Virus record (IMG/VR): IMGVR_UViG_2597490325_000001
Coordinates: 32,001 to 96,000 of that record
DNA length: 64,000 bases
Origin: a virus
Taxonomy: Duplodnaviria > Caudoviricetes
Direction: 5' to 3' (one strand)
Part shown: positions 31,492-40,048 of the stretch, piece by piece
Numbering within the stretch: position 1 is the first letter of the stretch
Layout of the letters: the number at the start of each line of letters is the position of its first letter
The notes under the pieces: model-generated
What the model saw: only the letters and a program-made list of their open reading frames with translations
What the model was told of the DNA's origin: nothing
Database searches by the model: none
Made by a program: the position numbers and the translations under genes

Positions 31492-32535
31492 ATGGCTAAA
31501 AAACCTGGCTTTCTGGACAAACTGAAAAAAGGCAAAACCGCTTCTAAAGAAGAAGAAACTCTGAAAAAGGGTAAAGCTGCTGTAGAAGACGATGAAGAGG
31601 AAGAAGAAGAGGAGGAAGAAGTTGCTCCTAAGAAATCTTCTAAAAAGCCTGTCCTGAAAAAAGGTAAGAAACCTGTCGTCGAAGAAGAAGAAGACGATGA
31701 GGAAGAAGAGGAAGATGATGCTGAAGAAGAAACCGAAGACGATGAGTCTGAGGAAGAATCTGATGATGAAGAGGAAGAAGAAGAAGAGGAGGAAGTAGCT
31801 CCTAAGAAATCTTCTAAGAAATCTCTTCCTGTTAAGAAAGGTAAAAAAGCTCCTGTCGTTGAAGACGACGAGGAAGAAGAAGAGGAAGACTCCGAAGAGG
31901 AGGAAGAAGATGATGAAGAGGAGGAAGTAGCTCCTAAGAAATCTTCTAAGAAAGTAGCTCCTAAAAAAGCTGCTGCTCCTGCTAAGAAAGCCGCTAAGAA
32001 ATCTAAAGCTTCCGATGATGAAGAGGAAGATGAAGAAGAATCTAACGGTGGTAAACCTCTCTTCGGCGGTAAAGCTAAGAAAGCTGCAACTCTGCGTACT
32101 CCGAAAGAAGGCGCAACAATGCCGCGTGAAAATATCATTTCCATGATCGCTGAAAAGCTGGATTGCACTAAAGCTGAAGCAAAAACTGCTCTGGTTGGTA
32201 TTGAAGAAGTCCTGAAAGAAGTTGGTGAACAATACTCCTTCCGCTTCATGGATTCCAACTTCCGTCGTCGTGTAGTTAATACTCGCGATTACAAAGGTGC
32301 AGGTGGTCTGACTGAACGTGTATCTAGCGATGTTGCTGCTATGACTACTCGTGTCGAATCCCACGTTTCCCTGAAAGGCGAAGTAACTTACGATCGTCGT
32401 ACCATTCGTGGTGTTGGCGAAGGTGATGACTTCCGTGAAGGTAACATGGTTAATGGTAAATTCGTAGCTGGTACCTGGGATGAAGAAGGTAACTTCACTC
32501 CATCTGAAAAGAAAGTCAAAAAAGCTAAAAAATAA
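31492..32535 (+). CDS. Histone-like protein: acidic/basic repeat region fused to an HU-like domain
   Basis: Three E-rich + VAPKKSSKK repeats, then MPRENIISMIAEKLDCTKAEAK (HU-like N-terminal helices); early promoter at 31409. Confidence 0.7.
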   Translation: MAKKPGFLDKLKKGKTASKEEETLKKGKAAVEDDEEEEEEEEEVAPKKSSKKPVLKKGKKPVVEEEEDDEEEEEDDAEEETEDDESEEESDDEEEEEEEEEVAPKKSSKKSLPVKKGKKAPVVEDDEEEEEEDSEEEEEDDEEEEVAPKKSSKKVAPKKAAAPAKKAAKKSKASDDEEEDEEESNGGKPLFGGKAKKAATLRTPKEGATMPRENIISMIAEKLDCTKAEAKTALVGIEEVLKEVGEQYSFRFMDSNFRRRVVNTRDYKGAGGLTERVSSDVAAMTTRVESHVSLKGEVTYDRRTIRGVGEGDDFREGNMVNGKFVAGTWDEEGNFTPSEKKVKKAKK

Positions 32536-32633
32536 TATTGACTAATAGTTAATATTAGATAAAGATTCCCCATAACGTTTAAAAGCGTTATGGGGATCCT
32601 TCAATATTATTTTTATATAAGAGGCTAAGAGAA

Positions 32634-34445
32634 TTGGAAACTATAGATCTCAACTTCGTCAATAATAAGAATCCAGAAGAAGTTTTTGAAATCACTGACG
32701 GATTGATTGAAATCTTCCGTGATGATTGGCATAGAGCCTTTGAACAAGTAAAGATTAAAATTAAAAAAGAAACTAAGGTTATCAACCTTAACTCACTGTT
32801 CACTGGTCTTATCTATTCAACTACAAGATTCCCTTTAGATAGAGAACTGACAGTTGATGATTTAGTACTGGACTTAACATCTGGTGTAAATGAAAATATT
32901 GCTAACTATTTAGATGATACTATCTTAGAATTCACTAAGCAAGATGGTGATATTTCAGAGCTGTCATTATTCATTAGTAAGGCACTTTCCAGAGCAGCTA
33001 GTTATAGTTGGAATATTAACCACTTCCGTGGTAATACTATTAATATTTATGATCTCATTAAACTCATGCAAGAGAATCCTGATCTGCGTAAGATCATTAA
33101 CTTTGAGAGCAATGAGAATCTACAGTTCGCTGAAATTGAGTCAAGCGTAGAAGAGCAAACTAAAAAACTTGTAAAAATTCTACGTTCCAAAGAAGTTGAC
33201 TCATGTTTTAAAAATATCATTCCATCTGTATCTATCAAGCAGTTCCAACAGGTATTTGTCAATATTTCTCTTAAGCCAGACTTGTATGGTATCATTATTA
33301 GTAAACCAATTAATACAAGTTTCTTTAGAGGTATGCGTAATAGTACTGATTACTATATCAACGCTCAAGGTGCCCGTAAAGCGCTTGTAACTAACGCAAC
33401 AAGTGTTAGGTCTGCTGGTTATCTTGCTCGTAAGCTCATTCTTCTTTGTCTTGGTACTCAACTCGATAGAGAAGTGGAAGATTGCGGAACTAATAATCTC
33501 ATTGAACTTAAACTTGATAATAAAGATCAAGCTAAACGTTTTACAAATAGTTTCTATAAGCTTAAACCTAGTGATAAGAAATTGTCATTGGTTACTAATA
33601 AAAACTACATGGATATTGTAGGTAAAACAGTACACTTCCGCTCTCCAATTACATGTAAATTAGGGGATGGTAAAATCTGTAAAACCTGCTATGGACATTT
33701 GTCTCATACTAATAATTTCCATATTGGCATTTCAGCTATACTGGTTCTATGTAATCAACTTATTCAACGTCTACTGTCGTCTAAACACCTATTACAAGTC
33801 TCAACTGAAAAGATTGAACTTGATGAGACAATTAGCAAATACTTCTATGTAGATAAAGATATCTTAGTTGCAAAAGAGACTTTCAAATTGTCTCTTACTG
33901 AGGTAACTGAAGCTCATAACGCTAAGCAAGTTCATGGAATTAAAATTGTAGATGAGTCTGATGAGATATTAGATTATCAGTTCTTGGATATGGAAGTATT
34001 CGATTCTATCATTTCTGAGAATTTAGATAAAGACAATTCTATAGATGTTGAACCAAATCAGCCTATTTTCAAATTTAACGTTGAGAATACTGAGATTTCT
34101 GCTCCACTTAAAAAGCTATTATCTTTGATCGAATCTGAGGTAGAGCTTAACAAACGTTCTTCAGTTAATGAATTACTTAAAGATTTAATTGATCTCTTGA
34201 ACTTATCAGGTATTCGTTTATCTGCTACAGGTCTTCAGATTCTAGTTAAATCACTGGCTAGAGATCCTTCCAATATTATGGAAAGAACTACTGATTTGAA
34301 TGATGTATACTTCCTACGTGTTCATAATGCCATTCTTAACAGTAAATCATTGTCTATCGGTTTAGCATACGAACGTTTAAAACTTCAATTAGAATCGAAT
34401 ATCTTTGATAAGACAGAGTCTTCTGTCTTGGATGTACTTTTCTAA
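32634..34445 (+). CDS. rpoC: Phage RNA polymerase beta-prime C-terminal subunit (probably the non-virion RNAP)
   Basis: Bridge helix YYINAQGARKAL..SAGYLARKL, zinc site RSPITC..ICKTCYG, trigger-loop-like QLIQRLLSSKH; TTG start. Confidence 0.88.
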   Translation: METIDLNFVNNKNPEEVFEITDGLIEIFRDDWHRAFEQVKIKIKKETKVINLNSLFTGLIYSTTRFPLDRELTVDDLVLDLTSGVNENIANYLDDTILEFTKQDGDISELSLFISKALSRAASYSWNINHFRGNTINIYDLIKLMQENPDLRKIINFESNENLQFAEIESSVEEQTKKLVKILRSKEVDSCFKNIIPSVSIKQFQQVFVNISLKPDLYGIIISKPINTSFFRGMRNSTDYYINAQGARKALVTNATSVRSAGYLARKLILLCLGTQLDREVEDCGTNNLIELKLDNKDQAKRFTNSFYKLKPSDKKLSLVTNKNYMDIVGKTVHFRSPITCKLGDGKICKTCYGHLSHTNNFHIGISAILVLCNQLIQRLLSSKHLLQVSTEKIELDETISKYFYVDKDILVAKETFKLSLTEVTEAHNAKQVHGIKIVDESDEILDYQFLDMEVFDSIISENLDKDNSIDVEPNQPIFKFNVENTEISAPLKKLLSLIESEVELNKRSSVNELLKDLIDLLNLSGIRLSATGLQILVKSLARDPSNIMERTTDLNDVYFLRVHNAILNSKSLSIGLAYERLKLQLESNIFDKTESSVLDVLF

Positions 34446-34466
34446 ATAACTTTAATAGGGATCAAA

Positions 34467-34982
34467 ATGTCTAGTAATAACGAGTACGATATCGTAAAAA
34501 AGATGTTTGATCACGCTATTGTTGAAGCTAATGCGTCTCCAGATACTCGACAGAAAGTAGGTGCTGTTATTGCAACTGGTGATCTAAGTAATATTATCTC
34601 TACGGGGTGGAATGGTCGCCCCGTTGTAGATAAAGATTTCAATAAATGTGTGAATCCTAAAACATCATCATCTTTCCCACAACTGATTCATGCAGAAGAA
34701 CGTGCTATTATTAAAGCAGGTTTTGATAAGTGTAATGGCGCTACTATTTTTGTAACACATTGCCCTTGTTTAAGATGTGCTGCCAGAATTATTGAATCTG
34801 GTATTAAGCGTGTTTACTTCATGAAAGAACACGATGAACTGGAAGGAGCTGAATATCTTCTAGCCAACGGCATTGAAGTTAGTCAAGTACCTTTCTTAAG
34901 ACGAACTATTTCTCCCAACGATCAATTCTTAAGCGAATTGGTTCCTGGAGAAGTAAAGAGTTTAAAAGAAACTGGTAAGTAA
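34467..34982 (+). CDS. dCMP deaminase
   Basis: KVGAVI, STGWNG, IHAEERAI and THCPCLRCA..I. Confidence 0.9.
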   Translation: MSSNNEYDIVKKMFDHAIVEANASPDTRQKVGAVIATGDLSNIISTGWNGRPVVDKDFNKCVNPKTSSSFPQLIHAEERAIIKAGFDKCNGATIFVTHCPCLRCAARIIESGIKRVYFMKEHDELEGAEYLLANGIEVSQVPFLRRTISPNDQFLSELVPGEVKSLKETGK

Positions 34983-34983
34983 T

Positions 34984-35211
34984 ATGTATAAAGTGACCGA
35001 AGTAATTAGTAACTCTGTAAATATTCATTTTAAAGCACAAGAAGATTTATTATTTAAATTTGGAAGAGGTTATGTGACAAGTCTCCAAATGGAAACTCTT
35101 TTCTTAGCTCAATCTAAATTTTATGCAAAATTGGATTTATGGAAAAGTAGTAGCTTCGATATGAGTGAGGTTATCTCTAGAGGTTCTACTATTCGAATTA
35201 CTGATAACTAG
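34984..35211 (+). CDS. Hypothetical protein
   Basis: 75-aa ORF in operon. Confidence 0.55.
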   Translation: MYKVTEVISNSVNIHFKAQEDLLFKFGRGYVTSLQMETLFLAQSKFYAKLDLWKSSSFDMSEVISRGSTIRITDN

Positions 35212-35219
35212 GTTACTTT

Positions 35220-35480
35220 ATGCTTACTTTAAGAATTCTCAAGGATGAGAAACGCCCTTTTCATTTTAATGGTACTTCATTTAAACATACTGTAGAAGTT
35301 TGGTTCAGTGAAAGTGTTAAATATATAGCTAATCCTTTAAACGGTATGATGAATTTTTCAGTCAAGTACAAATTTGTATTGGATTCTGAAAAATTTTATT
35401 CAAAGGTAAATTATTTTGCCATTCGTACTGGTTATCGTAATAAAGTATATGTATTAACTATTAGATCTACAGGCTTCTAA
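35220..35480 (+). CDS. Hypothetical protein
   Basis: 86-aa ORF in operon. Confidence 0.55.
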   Translation: MLTLRILKDEKRPFHFNGTSFKHTVEVWFSESVKYIANPLNGMMNFSVKYKFVLDSEKFYSKVNYFAIRTGYRNKVYVLTIRSTGF

Positions 35481-35489
35481 CAGAAAGTT

Positions 35490-35582
35490 AGAAATGAAAG
35501 ACTAAAGCTTCCATTCCTGACTCATTTAGTAATTTCTTAGCCTTTTTATAGGGATAATAACTTTTCATTATCCCTTCTTTTC
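35490..35582 (+). ncRNA. Putative sRNA or tRNA-operon leader (similar to 39149-39270)
   Basis: Starts at late promoter 35479; 5' hairpin with a C/U-rich loop, then a GGGATAA..TTATCCC hairpin. Confidence 0.4.
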
Positions 35583-35617
35583 ATAAAGTACTTACGAGTA
35601 TATTATGAAAAGAATTT

Positions 35618-35651
35618 CGGTGCATAGCTCAGTAGGATAGTAGCAACTGCA
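35618..35651 (+). pseudogene. Truncated 5' half of a tRNA (Arg-like)
   Basis: CGGTGCA-TAGCTCAGTAGGATAGTAGC-AACTGC gives an acceptor 5' strand and D arm, with no anticodon loop or T arm. Confidence 0.55.
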
Positions 35652-35658
35652 TCAAATT

Positions 35659-35735
35659 CGGGGTGTAGCATAATAGGATAATGCACCGACCTTCTAAGTC
35701 GGCTTACGTGGGTTCGACTCCCTCCGTCCCGACCA
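35659..35735 (+). tRNA. tRNA-Arg(TCT)
   Basis: Cloverleaf; anticodon arm CCGAC-CTTCTAA-GTCGG, GGTTCGACTCC, encoded CCA. Confidence 0.92.
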
Positions 35736-35746
35736 AATTAATTTAT

Positions 35747-35828
35747 GCGAATGTGGCGAAATTGGTAGACGCCCCAGATTTAGGTTCTGGTATCGAAAGG
35801 TGTGTGGGTTCGACTCCCTCCATTCGCA
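35747..35828 (+). tRNA. tRNA-Leu(TAG)
   Basis: Acceptor GCGAATG/CATTCGC, CCAGA-TTTAGGT-TCTGG, long variable arm; CCA not encoded. Confidence 0.92.
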
Positions 35829-35837
35829 ATCTATTCT

Positions 35838-35925
35838 GTCTGCTTGTCCAAATTGGTAAAGGAAGGAGACTTAAAATCTCCCGGCTGTAACAGCCTTATG
35901 GGTTCGACTCCCTTAGCAGATACCA
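35838..35925 (+). tRNA. tRNA-Leu(TAA)
   Basis: Acceptor GTCTGCT/AGCAGAT, GGAGA-CTTAAAA-TCTCC, long variable arm, CCA. Confidence 0.92.
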
Positions 35926-35942
35926 CTTATAGGAATTTCTGA

Positions 35943-36035
35943 GTGAAACAAGAAATCCCAATTGATTTAAAATCATATGAAAAAATGATTAGAGACCTAG
36001 TGAATTCTGCATTAAGTAGAACTTATCAAGGTTAA
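35943..36035 (+). CDS. Possible 30-aa microprotein between tRNAs
   Basis: AGGAA RBS, GTG start, MKQEIPIDLKSYEKMIRDLVNSALSRTYQG; fills the spacer. Confidence 0.35.
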   Translation: MKQEIPIDLKSYEKMIRDLVNSALSRTYQG

Positions 36036-36042
36036 GTATTAT

Positions 36043-36120
36043 GGGCCATTAGCATAGTGCTCTAATGCAGCCAGCTCATAACTGGAAGATCACCGGTTGG
36101 AATCGCGGTATGGCCCACCA
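36043..36120 (+). tRNA. tRNA with CAT anticodon (Ile2 or Met); atypical D and T loops
   Basis: Acceptor GGGCCAT/ATGGCCC + ACCA, CCAG-CTCATAA-CTGG; T loop TTGGAAT. Confidence 0.8.
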
Positions 36121-36222
36121 TTAAATAAAATTTCCCATATCCTTCGAAAGAGGGATATGGGAGTTTATTTCTTTTTTATTCATATATAATTATAATAGAA
36201 TATAACTTTATAGGAAAATATA

Positions 36223-36750
36223 ATGAAAGACAAGATGCAAAAAATTTTAGATAATATTAAAAAAGATGAAAATGGCTGTTGGATATGGCAAAGGTCTTTA
36301 ACTGGTTCAGGATATGGTCAAATATTTGCTGAAGGTAGAAATCATTCAGTACATAAATATGTATTTGAATTAATTAATGGTAAAGTTCCAAATAAATACG
36401 TAGTTCGTCATAAATGCCATAATCGTAAATGCTGTAATCCAGATCATCTACTATCTGGAACAAATAAAGATAACTATCATGATTCTATTGAAGTATTTAA
36501 AAAAATTCATAAAAGTAAAAGACTTAAATGGATTATAAACGATGTTTCTTATCCTAATTCAAGAATTTCGTCTAAGATAACTAAACTTTCTCAGAGTATA
36601 ATTTGTAAGCATATGGATAAAGAAACTAGAATATTTGATTATGATAGTTATGCTAAAGCGTGTAAAATAGCCAATGTTGAACCTAAGAAGTTACCAACTC
36701 TTAAGACTCTCACTAAAGAGCAGAAGAAACTCATTGAGGATAATATGTAA
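36223..36750 (+). CDS. Free-standing HNH endonuclease
   Basis: CWIW..GYG..VRHKCHNRKCCNPDHL..GTNKDN. Confidence 0.88.
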   Translation: MKDKMQKILDNIKKDENGCWIWQRSLTGSGYGQIFAEGRNHSVHKYVFELINGKVPNKYVVRHKCHNRKCCNPDHLLSGTNKDNYHDSIEVFKKIHKSKRLKWIINDVSYPNSRISSKITKLSQSIICKHMDKETRIFDYDSYAKACKIANVEPKKLPTLKTLTKEQKKLIEDNM

Positions 36751-37037
36751 TGCTTAGAATCCATAGAAATGCTGCAATTTTCAGCATTTCAGAAATTGAT
36801 GAGTGTATGCTTTTTCTAGGTTTTATAAAGACCTTAAAACATGTAAAAGATTATACTAAGATAGATGATGAAGATGATTATAGAAAATCATTTTATATTA
36901 TTGGCCCTAATCCTGAAATGAAAGGTATGAATAGAGTTCAGGTAATAGAGCATAGTAACCCATTAAGGAAATCTCATACTTTCTTTTATTCCATAGAGAA
37001 AAAATATAATGCTAAAAGTATCTGGCTCAAGAAATAA
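36750..37037 (+). CDS. Hypothetical protein
   Basis: 95-aa coupled ORF. Confidence 0.6.
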   Translation: MLRIHRNAAIFSISEIDECMLFLGFIKTLKHVKDYTKIDDEDDYRKSFYIIGPNPEMKGMNRVQVIEHSNPLRKSHTFFYSIEKKYNAKSIWLKK

Positions 37038-37218
37038 ACTTATTACTTATTCCAGATATCATGAGTTTATTGCATATTTTGAGGATAACTTAGGTATTGA
37101 AAACTTAACTATAAAACGTATAATTTATCGTACCAAAAGGACTTATAATAATATAGAAACAATAAATTTCTGGTTTGCTGAAAATGTATTATGGAATAGT
37201 AAACTATGTTTATTATAG
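37009..37218 (+). CDS. Hypothetical protein
   Basis: 69-aa overlapping ORF. Confidence 0.5.
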   Translation: MLKVSGSRNKLITYSRYHEFIAYFEDNLGIENLTIKRIIYRTKRTYNNIETINFWFAENVLWNSKLCLL

Positions 37219-37445
37219 GTTATGTAGTACCTAATAAAATTAATCACCATAGAACTTCTTTAGTTACTCATTCATTATTTAATGTAATGGGAGTAGATGA
37301 TGATTATGATATAGAAAATGATTACTTTTTAGAGATATTTATCGATTTAGAAAATGTACCTATTGATGATTCAAATAAAGTAGTAACTATACAGCATCAT
37401 GTAGGTCTATGTGAAAATAAATGGTTAGTATTTACTCCTTATTAA
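37206..37445 (+). CDS. Hypothetical protein
   Basis: 79-aa overlapping ORF. Confidence 0.5.
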   Translation: MFIIGYVVPNKINHHRTSLVTHSLFNVMGVDDDYDIENDYFLEIFIDLENVPIDDSNKVVTIQHHVGLCENKWLVFTPY

Positions 37446-37530
37446 AGTACGAATAAGCAACAGTTTAGTAGTTAGTTGAGAAACACTAACTACAATAGAA
37501 ACTAGTACTCAGAAATAAGGAAGACATAAA

Positions 37531-37965
37531 ATGTCTATTACAGTAAAAATTATGAATGACACTCACCCTAGACGTGGTGACGATAATATTTCATCAAGAT
37601 TTAAGCTTGTGCATATTCCTGATGGTGGTTCTTTTCAGATTAACCGCCCTCAAGCAAGAGACCTTAATGAAGATCTTTCAATAGATTCCCCATTAGTTGG
37701 TAGACCGGATTTAGGATATTGTACGTTATCTGTATTTGGTAGTGATGGTTCCGATTTAGGTGCATTACATGTCATTAATGGTAATATGTATGTAATGGAT
37801 AATGGTAAAACCATCTCTACATTTTGGGGATGTTCTTATCCTATTGACGACCCTAAGCTATCAGACCTCGAACCAATGGAAGTTAAAGAAGATAAAGTTC
37901 TAGATAAAAATAAATCTTTCATTACTCCTCTAGAGCATCAAGAGATTTTAAGATCTCGATTATAA
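37531..37965 (+). CDS. Hypothetical late protein
   Basis: 144 aa, TAAGGA RBS, late promoter at 37459. Confidence 0.72.
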   Translation: MSITVKIMNDTHPRRGDDNISSRFKLVHIPDGGSFQINRPQARDLNEDLSIDSPLVGRPDLGYCTLSVFGSDGSDLGALHVINGNMYVMDNGKTISTFWGCSYPIDDPKLSDLEPMEVKEDKVLDKNKSFITPLEHQEILRSRL

Positions 37966-38143
37966 GTATTAATATTTTAAATATTAAAAATAACCCATAT
38001 CCTTCCAAAGAGGGATATGGGAGTTTTATTACAAAATGTAGCGGCGGTATAAATAAGCATATATTATTACCATGAAGTAGCATAGGAAGCTGACATAATG
38101 ATTATTAATATCATTTAAACCGTACGGTAATGGGGTATATAAT

Positions 38144-38431
38144 ATGATCGCTGAAAATATATCTTTACTTGTGAACGATATGTATGCTGAATTAGTTAAC
38201 CATTTAGATGATAATTTATCTGGTAAGCCTAGCTACATAACCGAGTATAATTTAGAAGATTTGACTATAGAACAGCTGAATGACTTATCTGAATCATTAG
38301 TTGATAAACTGACTAATGAGCTAATAGAGAATCCTTTAGCTGCAAGAGTTGAAATATCTATCTCTATCACTAACAAATCTGAAATTTCAGTAGAGGAAAA
38401 TCTGATAGAACATGACAATCTACCAGAATAG
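38144..38431 (+). CDS. Hypothetical acidic early protein
   Basis: 95 aa, early promoter at 38059. Confidence 0.65.
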   Translation: MIAENISLLVNDMYAELVNHLDDNLSGKPSYITEYNLEDLTIEQLNDLSESLVDKLTNELIENPLAARVEISISITNKSEISVEENLIEHDNLPE

Positions 38432-38482
38432 TAACTAATAAAGCCTACTTAGGTAGGCTTTATTTTTATATAAGGAATACAA

Positions 38483-38689
38483 TTGTATATTCACACTTAT
38501 AACAAAGAACTTCCAGATAGCTCTAATGAAAATATAAGATCGATTCTTATGGTCTATGCTTCATCTGCATATGCTGTTAATTCAGCTGTATCACTTGATA
38601 TAGTTCAGTGGTTTGTAAAATTACATGAAATAAAAGAATCGCAAATTCTAATAAGGGTACACAGTGAATATTTTAAGGTGGAGGGGTAG
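38483..38689 (+). CDS. Hypothetical protein
   Basis: 68 aa, TAAGGA RBS with TTG start. Confidence 0.55.
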   Translation: MYIHTYNKELPDSSNENIRSILMVYASSAYAVNSAVSLDIVQWFVKLHEIKESQILIRVHSEYFKVEG

Positions 38690-38873
38690 GCAACCTATTC
38701 AAGAAGTACAAGACACTCTTTCAGAAATTAATCAGAGAGAAATTTCACAATTGGTTCATGATATAGTTGTTGATCGTCTTCCAATGAGTAGTATAGCATA
38801 TGAAGAAAAGATGGTATTCAATGGTAGAACTAGCTATCCTTATATAAGATTATTATGGATTAGAAAATGTTAA
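38664..38873 (+). CDS. Hypothetical protein
   Basis: 69 aa, GTG start, overlapping. Confidence 0.5.
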   Translation: MNILRWRGRQPIQEVQDTLSEINQREISQLVHDIVVDRLPMSSIAYEEKMVFNGRTSYPYIRLLWIRKC

Positions 38874-39133
38874 CTTTATTACGTATTAATAAATCTAGAG
38901 AGCATCGCTTAGAAATATTAGTAGAGTCTAAACGATTTTCTGCTTTAGCTGAAGCTGAGGTTCTATTATTACCTTTTTCTCGTAGATTTGAAACAGAATA
39001 TTTGTATTTCCATACTAGCTTTAAAAAATCTGAGAAACCTATAAGTCTTCGTTGCTCGCCAGAATTTGTAAATTTTTGTAACAAAAATACAGGATTCTAT
39101 GATTCTTCTTTAGAAGAACAAATTGTTTTCTAG
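38867..39133 (+). CDS. Hypothetical protein
   Basis: 88-aa overlapping ORF. Confidence 0.55.
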   Translation: MLTLLRINKSREHRLEILVESKRFSALAEAEVLLLPFSRRFETEYLYFHTSFKKSEKPISLRCSPEFVNFCNKNTGFYDSSLEEQIVF

Positions 39134-39148
39134 AGCTAACAAAAAAGT

Positions 39149-39270
39149 AGAAATGAAACCTCCGGCTGTGAGCGCATCCCGATTCGGTTACTTTCTAGCT
39201 TCTTTCATATCCTTCTTATTGTTATGGTCTCTAGGAAGTGGGATAAATGGATTTTATCCCACTCCTATTT
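39149..39270 (+). ncRNA. Putative sRNA
   Basis: Starts at late promoter 39138; 5' hairpin, pyrimidine-rich linker, terminal hairpin AGTGGGATAAA/TTTATCCCACT. Confidence 0.45.
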
Positions 39271-39272
39271 AG

Positions 39273-39388
39273 TATTTTTATTGTAGGGCAGGTACTTACT
39301 TTTAATCTACAGGAAAATCCTGGGGTTATCCACAGAGAGTATGCAACGTATTGGGCTATACATTGAAACTTGCCCTACAATAAAAATA
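39273..39388 (+). ncRNA. Putative structured RNA closed by a ~20-bp stem
   Basis: TATTTTTATTGTAGGGCAG pairs with TTGCCCTACAATAAAAATA. Confidence 0.5.
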
Positions 39389-39410
39389 TTTTATAACAAA
39401 AGAATTAGAA

Positions 39411-39520
39411 GAGTATTTAATGATACTGTATTAGGTTTTCCCTCTTCCTTTAAACCTAATTAAGCCTGGGTTGGTTAGCCGAAAGCAATAGTAACTAATA
39501 CAGTATCGATTAAGTATTTT
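39411..39520 (+). ncRNA. Putative structured RNA closed by a long stem
   Basis: GATACTGTATTAG pairs with CTAATACAGTATC; internal hairpin with CCCTCTTCCTT loop; followed by a T-tract. Confidence 0.5.
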
Positions 39521-39535
39521 TTTTTTAAGAATTTA

Positions 39536-39613
39536 GACTCGCTAGCTCAGTTGGTTAGTAGCGGATGACTGTTAATCATCAGGTCGCAGGTTCAAGCCCT
39601 GCGCGAGTCGCCA
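39536..39613 (+). tRNA. tRNA-Asn(GTT)
   Basis: Acceptor GACTCGC/GCGAGTC, GATGA-CTGTTAA-TCATC, GGTTCAAGCC, CCA. Confidence 0.93.
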
Positions 39614-39623
39614 TATTTATTAT

Positions 39624-39698
39624 TGTCCCTTAAATTAGTGGCTAGACAAATCCATTGTAAAATGGGCGGCACCAGTTCGATCCTGGTAGGGACAACCA
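39624..39698 (+). tRNA. tRNA-like RNA with non-canonical anticodon loop and degenerate D arm
   Basis: Perfect acceptor TGTCCCT/AGGGACA + ACCA and T arm ACCAG-TTCGATC-CTGGT; anticodon loop is 6 or 8 nt (TTGTAAAA). Confidence 0.6.
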
Positions 39699-39699
39699 A

Positions 39700-40048
39700 A
39701 TTAGTCTTATTCCATTAAGACTTACAGACTTAGCTACCAGCTTGGTATCTGAGAGCCTTCTCCCAAGGTTTACCCATAGTTCTATTCGAATAAGGTGAAG
39801 AATAGTTCCGATATAATCACTTCTTAGGAAATGATTAGTGTCTCAGCAAACCGTATGAGACTGAAAGGGTTGAAATAAACGGTTCCTCTAAATTAATAAG
39901 ATTGAATATATCGATCTTAGTGCCAAAGTCGCCAGATACATACGGCATAAATAAAGAGGAGTAGACTAATCAACTACCCTTCTTTATATAAAAATTTCCT
40001 TGTTGAAATGGTAAGGAAGGTAGTTATGCCTGATTCGAAAGAATCTAA
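39700..40048 (+). ncRNA. Putative large structured RNA
   Basis: Pairings GTATCTG/CAGATAC, GTCTCA/TGAGAC, AACCGT/ACGGTT, TAAGATTGA/TCGATCTTA and GGCATAA/TTATGCC; no ORF of 60 aa or more. Confidence 0.45.

Noticed and set aside
31447-32364. Long minus-strand ORFs (305 and 267 aa)
   Set aside because: Poly-Phe/Ser shadows of the GAA-rich sense gene; no promoter motif or RBS
35681-35890. 69-aa ORF in the track
   Set aside because: It overlaps three well-formed tRNA genes
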